64,000 nucleotides of DNA. Source: Macrostomum hystrix. Its lineage: Eukaryota; Animalia; Platyhelminthes. Under the pieces are notes generated by a model. It had not been told where the DNA came from, made no database searches, and saw nothing but the letters and a program-made list of their open reading frames with translations. Shown one piece after another: positions 24,575 through 35,900 of this stretch; within the stretch, counting starts at the first letter, position 1; every line of letters starts with the position of its first letter. A program made the translations under genes and the position numbers. The stretch is taken from the NCBI GenBank assembly GCA_950097015.1, contig CATNEN010000038.1, forward strand, positions 34,906,001 through 34,970,000. Reading direction: 5' to 3'.

Positions 24575-25337
24575 ACTCTGAAGGTAGGAAATGGGGTGAG
24601 GCGGTAACTTTGAAGGTCAGGGATGGGGTGAGGCAGTAACTCTGAAGGTCAGGGGGTGGGGTGAGGCTGGAACACTGAAGGTCAGGGGGTGGGGTGAGGA
24701 GGTAACTCTGAAGGTCAGGGGGTGGGGTGAGGCTGGAACACTGGAAGGTCAGGGGTGGGGTGAGGCTGGAACACTGAAGGTCAGGGGTGGGGTGAGGCAG
24801 TAACTCTGAAGGTCAGGGGTGGGGTGAGGCTGGAACACTGGAAGGTCAGGGGTGGGGTGAGGCTGGAACACTGAAGGTCAGGGGTGGGGTGAGGCAGTAA
24901 CTCTGAAGGTCAGGGGTGGGGTGAGGCTGGAACACTGGAAGGTCAGGGGTGGGGTGAGGCTGGAACACTGGAAGGTCAGGGGTGGGGTGAGGCTGGAACA
25001 CTGAAGGTCAGGGGTGGGGTGAGGCAGTAACTCTGAAGGTCAGGGGTGGGGTGAGGCTGGAACACTGAAGGTCAGGGGTGGGGTGAGGCTGGAACACTGG
25101 AAGGTCAGGGGTGGGGTGAGGCAGTAACTCTGAAGGTCAGGGGTGGGGTGAGGCTGGAACACTGAAGGTCAGGGGTGGGGTGAGGCTGGAACACTGGAAG
25201 GTCAGGGGTGGGGTGAGGCTGGAACACTGGAAGGTCAGGGGTGGGGTGAGGCAGTAACTCTGAAGGTCAGGGGTGGGGTGAGGCTGGAACACTGAAGGTC
25301 AGGGGTGGGGTGAGGCTGGAACACTGGAAGGTCAGGG
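24575..25337. repeat. 32-33-bp G-rich minisatellite upstream of rpl35a
   Basis: Unit gaaggtcaggggtggggtgaggctggaacact. Confidence 0.95.
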
Positions 25338-25864
25338 GGAAAGTATTAATTTTAGAGAAACAATGCTACGATAGCATTAGTTTAAAAAAGTAAAAGTAAA
25401 ACTATTAAGGCTTGATCGAGGCAGAAATTTAATTTGCTAATCGCAGATCACAGAGAAAGAATATCTTGGAACACATTTGCATGAATATGAATATGCGAGC
25501 AGTATAATAAATAAGAACTGTTGTTCATTGTGCAACACCATTGTATTCAAGCATAGCAGAAAAAATAATACTCGTCAGAAAACAATATACCAAGTACTAG
25601 GAGTGTAGTACTACGACATTGTGAAGATAGCGAACAGAAAGCATCGACACAGACAGCTTTTATATACAACTCCCAAGGTTACACTCCGATTAGGACACAA
25701 TGTCACAAAAGCTCAAATTAATGGTAGAATAATTTACGAACTCATAATTAACGAACGGTTTAATGTAGAAACTGCCACCTGAAGCGATGAGAGAAGGGAA
25801 ATTTTGAAACCTGAAGTAACGGGAAAAGAGAAAAGAAGCCATCTGAAGCTACAGGGGAAGGGAA

Positions 25865-26485
25865 ATTAGCTACCTGAAGAAACGTGGGGAAGGGAAAGTA
25901 GCTACCTGAAGAAACGTGGGGAAGGGAAAGTAGCTACCTGAAGAAACGTGGGGAAGGGAAAGTAGCTACCTGAAGAAACGTGGGGAAGGGAAAGTAGCTA
26001 CCTGAAGAAACGTGGGGAAGGGAAAGTAGCTACCTGAAGTACCGTGGGAAGGGAAAGTAGCTACCTGAAGTAACGGGGGAAGGGAAAGTAGCTACCTGAA
26101 GAAACGTGGGGAAGGGAAAGTAGCTACCTGAAGTACCGTGGGAAGGGAAAGTAGCTACCTGAAGTACCGTGGGAAGGGAAAGTAGCTACCTGAAGAAACG
26201 TGGGGAAGGGAAAGTAGCTACCTGAAGTACCGTGGGAAGGGAAAGTAGCTACCTGAAGAAACGTGGGGAAGGGAAAGTAGCTACCTGAAGTAACATGGAG
26301 AAGGGAAAGTAGCTACCTGAAGAAACGTGGGGAAGGGAAAGTAGCTACCTGAAGTAACGGGGGAAGGGAAATTAGCTACCTGAAGTAACATGGAGAAGGG
26401 AAAGTAGCTACCTGAAGAAACGTGGGGAAGGGAAAGTAGCTACCTGAAGTAACGGGGGAAGGGAAAGTAGCTACCTGAAGTAAGG
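25865..26485. repeat. 32-bp purine-rich minisatellite downstream of the MGAT5 stop
   Basis: Unit agctacctgaagaaacgtggggaagggaaagt. Confidence 0.95.
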
Positions 26486-26586
26486 GGGGAAACGGTATTA
26501 CTCAAAGTACTACTCCAGAGCTTCGACAAGTTAAATTGAATTGGCACTGGAGTATATTTCAAAGGAAAAGAAAGAATGAATAACAA

Positions 26587-29500
26587 TTAACTAGTCGGCA
26601 GTCTGCAAGGACAGATTCGACTAAAACCAGATTGCCGTTCGCTACAAGAGAACAGGCGCTCATGCGACAGGAAATGACAATGACCCGGCTGTGACAGGGC
26701 CGGGTACACTAAGCTATTGTCGAATCGGATACGGCGACACCGGATGCCGCGCTCCTGCAGTTCCAGACGGCGATTGACGACCCGCATGTGCTCGGGAGCG
26801 CAGACGGCACCGACGGAGGCGGTTGCGCAGGTCTCGACGCAGGAGCGGCCGTCAAGGCCCAGGTAGAACCGGACGGATTTGGCGCTGACTGTGTTCAAGG
26901 GGTCGGACGCATCAGCGGGGGCTGCGACACTGTCTGCCGGGGCGGCCGTTGTGTGAGACGCATTCCGATTCGGCCAGTTGCCAGCCGCCGGATCGTCTAG
27001 GGGAGCTAGGCGACACATCGACGGAGCCGAGAAGAGAGCGCGAACCCGCGACAGATAGGCTAGAGGAGAGAAATCTGTTGGTACGCTGCGGCTGACGTTG
27101 CTAGGGAACGATGCCGCGGCTGCGGCTCGATTTAAAGTGGCCGGAATCAGCTGTTTGGCCTCCAAATCGATTAGGAACGACGCGGGCTCGCCGACCGATT
27201 CCAGATAGGAATCCTGAGGGAGAAATTGGAGTGCCTGTCATGTCAGGATGTCTGTCAGGTCCGAGACAGGATGCCTGTCAGATCTGTGTCAGGATGCCTG
27301 TCAGTTCGGGGTCAGAGTTCCTGTCAGGTCTGGATGTGTGCTGTTAGGATACCTGTCAGGTCCGGGTCAGGGTGCCCGTCAGATCTGGGTCAGGGTCAGG
27401 GTGCCTGTCAGATCTGGGTCAGGGTGTCTGTCAGGTCCGGGTCAGGGTGCCTGTCAGGTCTGGGTCAGGGTGCCTGTCTGGTCCGGGTCAGGGTGCCTGT
27501 CAGATCTGGGTCAGGGTCAGGGTGCCTGTCAGTCCAAGTCAGGGTGCCTGTCAGATCTGGGTCAGGGTGTCTGTCAGGTCCGGGTCAGGGTGCCTGTCAG
27601 GTCCGACTAAGGGTGCCTGTCAGATCTGGGTCAATGTGCCTGTCAGGTCTGGATGTGTGCTGTTAGGATTCCTGTCAGATCCGGGTCAGGGTGTCTGTCT
27701 GATCCGGGTCAGGGTGTCTGTCAGACCTTAGTTATTACCTGAGAGTGCAGCTTCCTAGATACGGGCAATTCGCGCAGGTAGGCAGAATTAGTCCTATCCA
27801 GTGGCGGAGAGAATCGCAAATTAAGGAACGGCAGACCAAACGAAACAGCTTCCAACGGTGCTGGATGCTCGTAGGGGAAGCCGAGGCCGATATAGATGCC
27901 GCCGCCATTAGACACAATGTCCAGAAGCAGCCGCCTATACTGGGTATAGTTTAATTGGCCGTGGTTAATAACGAATGCTGGAATGTCAGGATGCTGAGCC
28001 GAGTCAACGGCTGTGTGCAATCGACTAAAGATGGGCCGCAGCTGGGACAGGTAGAACTGGGCGTCCTTCCACACGGAATTTCCGTAGCCAAATACGAACG
28101 CTTCTAGACTGGAATTTCTGACGCCAGATTTCGACGATGACGCCGGAGGCGGCGGCGGCAGAGCGGAGCCCAAAAAGAAATTTTCCAGAGTGAACGGGAA
28201 CAAGCTCAGGTACTGCATGGGATTTAGATCTAAGCCGCTAACAGTTGTGATCAAATCGTTAGCTGAAGCGAATGCTTGGTCGTTGAATTTCGGTTCCACA
28301 CCGAACGGGGCAAGGACGCGGTAGAGGCAGGCGAAACGAGAAAAACTCTTGCCTAGGATGGAGCGCACCTGTGTGACAGTGCCATTATGGATTGAGATTA
28401 AATAAAACAATGCAATGACGGCGAAAATAAGTATTAAGATAGTATTATGAAATGCTGGATAAATGAGACGGAAGAGATTATACACGGGACAGATGAGACA
28501 GGGGAGAGATGAGACAGGGGAGAGATGAGACAGGGAGACATGAGACACGGGAGAGATGGGACACGGAAGAGATGAGACACGGAAGAGATGAGACAAAGGA
28601 GAGATGAGGGAGGGGAGAGATGAGACACGGGAGAGATGAGACAGGGGATATATGAGACAGGGAGACATGAGACACGGGAGAGATGGGACACGGGAGAGAT
28701 GGGACATGGGAGAGATGAGACAAAGGAGAGATGAGGGAGGGGAGAGATGAGACACGGAAGAGATGAGACACGGAAGAGATAAGACAGGGGAGATGAGGGA
28801 GGGGAGAGATGAGACGGGGAAGAGATGAGACATACAAGAGGTGAGACAATCAAAATGCTATGCTCAGTAATTTAGTCCATGGACTGGGGAAGCCTGTACT
28901 GTACATGCAGATTAATTTCTACTCCAGCTAAAGCTGGTGCCATTGCACAGCTATGTGTAGTGAAGCACTAGATAAATCTGTGTATTTACTCAGAAAGAAA
29001 CTCTAACCTGCAGAATGCCAACCAGATCAGTGACCAGATGGTCAAGTACGGCGTCTCGCTTTCCCTGACACTCAGTTCTGGCATAATTCAATCGCTGTAA
29101 TTGACGCTTCAGATCAATCGCATCAAGACTGACACTGAGCCGATGGCCCAGAAGACCCATACCGGCTAGAAGGTCCGCCCACTGAGCTGCCTCGTGCGGC
29201 GGCGGCGGCGGCTGTTGCTTAGCAACCAAATCTGCGCTAAGGTAGCCAACGTGAGCTAGTATTCGCCGCCTAGGCCAGCGATCCAGCCAGCGATTGTGCC
29301 GGACAACGGACGCTTCGTCGAAGGCATCGGCTAAAGCCGTCCAGCGCTGTTCAACTCTGGCTAGCAGACGGGGCGCCTTGGTCAGCTGTTGCAGCAGGCT
29401 AAGCTTGGCGTTTTCGCGAATAGCCCGATCTGCTAATAGGCGACCAGTGAACCAGGCCAGGGATTCGTTCTGACGCAACAGATGCTGCCGGAATGGCAGG

Positions 29501-31507
29501 ATAGGACAGAACTCTTCCACTTCGCTTAAAAATATTTTCATACTGCATTCGCTGCCATCAACGCCGTGTCTAAGGGATTATTTTGGATTGGGATTTTTAT
29601 GTATTCCTTACTCACCTGCCTGTGTCTCAAATATCTTCCCTACTCACCAACTAACCAACTATTATCCCTACTCACCTAGCATCTTCCCTACTCACCTACT
29701 ATCATCCCTTATCACCTAGAATCTTCCCTACTCACCTACTATCATCCCTACTCACCTAGAATCTTCCCTAGTCACCTACTATCATCCCTAATCACCTACT
29801 ATTATCCCTACTCACCTACTATGATCCCTACTCACCTACTATGATTCCTACTCACATACTATTATCCCTACTCACCTACTATGATCCCTACTCACCTACT
29901 ATCTTCTTAACTGACCTACTTTCTTCCCTACTCACTGTAATAACAACACCTCCATAGTAACCACCATCCTTACCTAGCATAGCAAGGATCGTCGCGCCAG
30001 TGCTTCATCATCCATTCGACTTTGGCTTCGCATTCGGGAAATTCAAATTTGCTCTCTAAAGGAATTTCACAATTCTCCTGATATCCATCTAGCAGCATGC
30101 CGGCGTCAACTTCGAACGAAGCGGCGGCATTCAGCGATGCCGACTGTTGGCCACGCTTCAGCGAAGAATCAGCTGACCCTGATTGAACAGAAGATTGGCG
30201 ACTTCGTCGGGAATCGCCGGCGTCGTCTATTTGTCGAATGATGGCGGCCGGGCGAGGCTGAAAAACCGGGGAAAAACATAGTTGTGGGATTAGCAGCGAT
30301 TCCAGGAGTTCTGTGGCGATTTCAGGAGTTCTGTGGCGATTTCAGGAGTTCTGTGGCGATTCCATGGGTTTGTGGCGATTCCAGGAGTTTGTGGCGATTC
30401 CAGGAGTTTGTGGCGATTCCAGGAGTTTGTGGTGATTCCAGGAGTTTGTGGCGATTCCAGGAGTTTGTGGCGATTCCAGGAGTCTGTGGCGATTCCAGTG
30501 GTTTGTGGCGATTCCAGGGGTCTCTGGCGATTTTAGGGGTCTGTGGCGATTCCAGGAGTCTGTGGCGATTCCAGTGGTTTGTGGCGATTCCAGGGGTCTC
30601 TGACGATTTTAGGGGTCTGTGGCGATTCCAGGAGATTGTGGCGATTTTAGGGGTCTGTGGCGATTCCAGGAGTTTGTGGTGATTCCAGGAGTCTGTGGCG
30701 ATTCCAGTGGTTTGTGGCGATTCCAGGGGTCTCTGGCGATTTTAGGGGTCTGTGGCGATTTTAGGGGTCTGTGGCGATTCCAGGAGTTTGTGGCGATTCC
30801 AGGAGTTTGTGGCGATTCTAGGGATTTGTGGCGATTCTAGGGATTTGTGGCGGTTCCAGGGGTCTGTGGCGATTCCAGGAGTTCTATGGCAAGTCCAGGA
30901 ATCTGTGGCGATTCCACGGGGTTGTGTCGATGTAGTTTGTGGCGATTTAGTGATTTAGAGGTAAATACAGCAATGATAAAATGGTTTGAAGCGATTCCAA
31001 ACGGGTTGAGACGATTCTAGTAAGTATATCTTGTTTCAAATTGAGTTCTAGCTCTAAATAAACTTATTAACTCACTCTTGTGACATGCCCTCCGGGTGAA
31101 AAGACACTCGCTTCGCCGCCGCCGCTGCTGCCGTTGCGCGAAGGAAAGACTCTTTTCTCGATGCGATCTAGCCTCTCCATCAGGTCCTGCAGGAGTACGG
31201 CTAGAGTCTTCTTCAAATCGTAGCCAGTCAGCCGGCCAGAGTAGGGTCCGTCGACTAGTTCGCCAGTTTCGCTGGCTAAACTTTTGACATATTTCTTTGA
31301 CAGATCCACCAGCTGTTCGCGCAGCGCCTCCGGATTCTGTCTGGAGCTACCGTAGCCAGATATAGCTAAACAGTAAAGCCACATTAGGCCGATGGCGGAG
31401 AATAATAATACAAGGGGACGCGATGCAAACACATGCTGGTGATGCCTACTGCCGATGCCAACAGCTGACGCAAGGGCTTGGCGAGACAGCGGCGAGGCAC
31501 ACTTCAT
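26587..31507 (-). CDS. MGAT5: Alpha-1,6-mannosylglycoprotein beta-1,6-GlcNAc transferase (GnT-V, GT18). Exons 31507-31076, 30257-29974, 29569-29008, 28368-27739, 27213-26587
   Basis: Type II TM anchor; LVDLSKKYVKSLASE, GYDLKKTLAVLL, FPECEAKVEWM..W..DPCYA.HGVDGSECS..IFLSEVEEFCP, FGVEPKFN, IGLGFPYEHPAPLEA, terminal LFSC...RICPCR. Confidence 0.9.
27230..27726. repeat. ~23-bp intronic minisatellite (MGAT5)
   Basis: Unit gggtcagggtgcctgtcag(a/g)tc(t/c). Confidence 0.9.
28463..28847. repeat. 16-bp intronic minisatellite, same unit as inside the hAT MITEs
   Basis: Unit gggagagatgagacac. Confidence 0.92.
29605..29936. repeat. 20-bp intronic minisatellite (MGAT5)
   Basis: Unit tcacctactatcatccctac. 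Confidence 0.92.
30295..30950. repeat. 19-bp intronic minisatellite (MGAT5)
   Basis: Unit tgtggcgattccaggagtt. Confidence 0.93.
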
Positions 31508-32990
31508 GACTGCGTGCGACTACTGTAAGTCGTGTAAATTTGGGTAAATTTTTAATTTGTTACAAGCTTGGTTCTGGCTTGAGTGACATGTCCGGTGTTT
31601 CTGAACATTTGACTACTGTAAGTAGTGTAAATTTGGGGGAAAATATTAATTTGCTACTAAATATTTTTGAAGTTTTTTGTTTAGTGTTTTAAACAAAAAC
31701 ATTCAAAGAAGGGAACTGTTCATAGCTAGGACTCGAACTCATGACCTCCTGATCAAAATAAAAAGCTGTAAATCTGGCTAATTCAATTAGGCTACAAGAA
31801 AGCAAAAAAATCTCTATTGTTCTTAACCTTCTCTATAGCAAGAAAGAAATATAAAGACGACAATTAGAAGAGAAAAACGATAAGCTAATCTAGAAGCAAT
31901 ACAAATAAGATTTACACTTTTATTTATATATAAGCAGGTGTACAAATCGAAATCTATTAAATTTGAAGAATAAAAACTCTACTTTCGCAGCTATCCAACA
32001 GTTTTTAAACCCACAAGTACAAATTGAGTAGCATAGAAGAATGAGCACAGCTTCATAGTTATCTTTAACAGCACAGCAAAACTGTTTTTGACGAACGGAC
32101 TTGTTTTCTAGCTATAAATTTGGCTTTACAACGAAATGATAAGTAAATCAATTATAAAGCAAAAATAGCCATGGATAGGATAGCATTCAAACAAATAACT
32201 AGTGAGTCAGTACTACTGACATGACAAGTAGACAGACCAGCTTTACCTCTATAGAAAAAAACAAAAACTAAAAAAATTAGTTTGTACTATAAAAAATTCA
32301 GGCACAAACTTCAGGTCCAGCCATTTATTTCCGTTTTTTATATAAAAAGAACAAATGAATTTCTATTAAACTAGTTCAAAACGAAACATCCATTTATCAC
32401 AGAAGGAACTATTGTGTTTGAAGAAAATTAACGTAAGAAGTGTCCTTATATGTGCTTTAGTAGCAAACTCAAAATAATATTAAATTTTAATAATGGAAGA
32501 CAAATCGTAGCTACTACTATTATTAGTAGGCAGAATAAATTTAAAGTATTAAATTAAAGAAAGAAATAATTATAGCCAGTTGATTCTTATAAATTTAGAA
32601 AGCAAATGGAGAACTTTATAGAACAGGGTGCGTCCTTGAAGAAAAACTACAAATAAATATTTAGAACCTTTCATGCAATAGAGACTACTTACAATATGTA
32701 AGAACGTAAGTAGTAGTATAAAAATATAACAGTCTTATCCAGTTTTACGCACAAAAATAAAACTAAGCATTAGAAACAGATAAAGGTAAAATTATCTAGA
32801 AACCTATAGCCTGGTTTTGTACTTTCTCTCTTCGCGCGGTGACTTTGTACTTTGCAGTCAGCCTTAAATTAAGGTAAACTTTGAATAACTAGGGTAATCA
32901 TTTAGTTTGATGTGACGAATCGAACCCCCGACCTTCAAGTCGCGTGCCCGAAAATAACACTGAACAAAAATAAGTAAGACGACGTGTCAA

Positions 32991-35900
32991 TCAATCGTCA
33001 AACGAGTCGTCGCCGATATCAGAACTTTTATTAGTGCCAAGCGAGCGACCAGTGGCCCCAGGATTCACAGTGCTAACCACATTGGAAGTGACGGCCCACT
33101 GTGACGTGTCCAGAGTGTTGCTGTTGTCTGTCTGGGCTGAGGCGCGCAAATTCATGCTGCCCCCGACGCCACCAGACGGCCCAAGAATCTGCAGCAGATT
33201 ATTGACTTCGTCGTTGAGATTAGCGTCCTGATCTCGCTGCTGCTGTTGCTGGCCGCCGGCCGTACTTGTGACATTGTTAAGCTCGGAGATTTCCTCGCCC
33301 TGCGAGTCCCAGGATGACGAAGCTTCGGCTGCCATGCGCTGCTGGGGTTTGCGAACAGCTCCGCCGCGCCCGCCGACTCCACCGTCGGGCGAGTCGAATG
33401 CATGAACAATATCGGGCGAGTCTAGAGCTAGACGCTGCTGCTGTTGCTGTGCCTGGTGCGACCGGGGCAAGCGTGGACTCGGATTAGCGTTAGCGCCGCC
33501 GCCGGCTCCGATGCCGCCTAGTCGAAGATCGGGCACTCCAGGCGGTCGGCGGGAACCGCCGGCGGAGACGGCTGTCTCGGGGTGCCGCTGGCGGTCGTCC
33601 GCTGTGCGCGTCGCGGTCTCGTCTTCGTCCTCTTCGTCTTCGTATTCATCCTCGTCGGAGTCGTATTGGTCTTGCCCACCGGATGAGTGCACCTGGGCGG
33701 CTACCTGAGACTGGCCGGGTTGTCTCTGCTGCTGTTGCTGCTTAAAAATAGTATCATTTATTTTGTTGTGATAGTCAATCATAATTGAGTGCCCCCTGCT
33801 CACTCTCTGATGATCATTGAGTCCCCCTGCTTACTCTCTGATGATCATTGAGTCCCCCTGCTCACTCTCTGATGATCATTGAGCCCCCTGCTCACTCTCT
33901 GATGATCATTGAGTCCCCCTGCTCCCTCTCTGATGATCATTGAGTCCCCTGCTCACTCTCTGATGATCATTGAGTCCCCCTGCTCCCTCTCTGATGATCA
34001 TTGAGTCCCCCTGCTTACTCTCTGATGATCATTGAGTCCCCCTGCTCCCTCTCTGATGATCATTGAGCCCCCTGCTCACTCTCTGATGATCATTGAGTCC
34101 CCCTGCTTACTCTCTGATGATCATTGAGTCCCCCTGCTCACTCTCTGATGATCATTGAGTCCCCCTGCTCCCTCTCTGATGATCATTGAGTCCCCCTGCT
34201 CACTCTCTGATGCTCATTGAGTCCCCATGCTCACTCACTGATGATTATTGAGCCCCCCCTGCTCACCTACAATAATCATTTGAGATTGGAGGTTTGAGAT
34301 CATTTGAGATGGGAGGTTTGAGATCATTTGAGATGGGAGGTTTGAGATCATTTAAGCTAATTTTACAAGTTCTGTAAGTGTTTACCCTAGCGTTAAGCTG
34401 CTGCTGCTGCTGTAAACGTCTAGGATCAGTGACGCTTTCCTCTTCGTCCGTCTCATCTTCCTCGTCATCCTCTTCGGACTCTTCCTCATCTTCGGCATGC
34501 GTAACGCGAACGCTTGGACGCTGCTGCGACTGCGGCTGTTTTAGCTGCTGCTGCTGCTGCTGTTGCAGCTGCTGCTCCAACTGCAGTCGGGTTAGAGACT
34601 GTGTGCCAGCTGTGCTATTGGCACCAGCGGCCGCTGTGGCAATCAATATACGCCGAGCCTCTTTGTCGACCTGGAAATTTTTTGCCGTTAAAAAGTATTA
34701 CAGAATTGATCAGTAAAAGGCCACGGACCAAAAGACCATAAATTAGCCATGAAGGTTTATACACAGAGCAATGTTAGCTGTCCTTGTCAGCAGGGTATTT
34801 GACAAGAAACGACGGGCGGCTTTGAAAGCTGGTTAATTTTTATCCACATGGCGGACTTTCACGAAAATCAGTCTATTGATAGATCTATGTGGAAGCAATC
34901 GTGAAGTTGACTGTGGGTATTTGAAATACACCCAGTGTTCTTTCTACTCCATAGGAAGAAATGAAAGGAATTCTGTAGGTCCCACTCACCTTAGAAGCGT
35001 GCTCCCTCCTTAGCTGGTCGAAATTCTTAAACTTGAAAGCCATCTGTTCTCTTTCGCGAGCCAGCATGGCCAATTTTTCGTTCAACAATCGATTACTAAT
35101 CCTAGTTGTGCTAGGTGGTATGCCACGCTCCTCCAGCTGTTCATCCAGCAGCTGAGATAACTCGCTTTTTAAGCCTTCGAAAATTCCCTGATCAGTTTTC
35201 AGCCTAGCCAATAGGCCGCTAGTGCGCATAGCTTCAATGCCGTGGGCCATGCTATCCTCGGCTGTGCTGCCCATCAGTAGGGACTCGCGCGAGCTGGCGC
35301 GCATGTCCAGATTAAGACGCATCTGGGCGGACACGGCGGCAATGTCATCTTCCGGCTGCTGCTGCTGCGGCATCGAATTGCTAGAAGCGGCCGCGGCAGC
35401 CAGGGCGATTCGACGAGCCGAGACTTTTTCGTCGACACCGACGCCATCATTGATTTTATTGTCGTCGTCGTCCATCAATAATTCGCCAAGATTGGTGCGA
35501 CGGCGGGACGACTGTGGTTGCTGCTGCTGCTGCTGCTGCTGCTGCTCACGTAGCCGACGCTCTAGCGAGGCCCGCAGTCTAGCCAGCTCAGCCTCGTGCT
35601 TGGATTGCATCTCAGCCAGCTGCTGCTGAAGCTCTCTCTGCCGACGTCCTGGAGTTTCAACAGGCGCAGCGGCAGCCGAGGCGGCGGCTGCTGCATCGAG
35701 CTGGCGCAGGCGAGCCAGCAGCTCCTCGCGAGTCAGCTGCGACAGCAGGTCAACCCGGATCTGTGGTGAAACAGGTAGGAAAGATAGGAGTAAGCACTGA
35801 CTAGGCCAATCTAGGTACTCGATTCACACGCTTAGAGTCTCGATTTCATTCACACCGTCTCACTCTGTCCGTTTATCTCTCTTGATTTCTACTCTACCGG

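Noticed and set aside
33788-34266. CTGATGA repeats as C/D snoRNA boxes or hammerhead cores
   Set aside because: No GAAA partner or guide architecture; plain 31-bp tandem repeat
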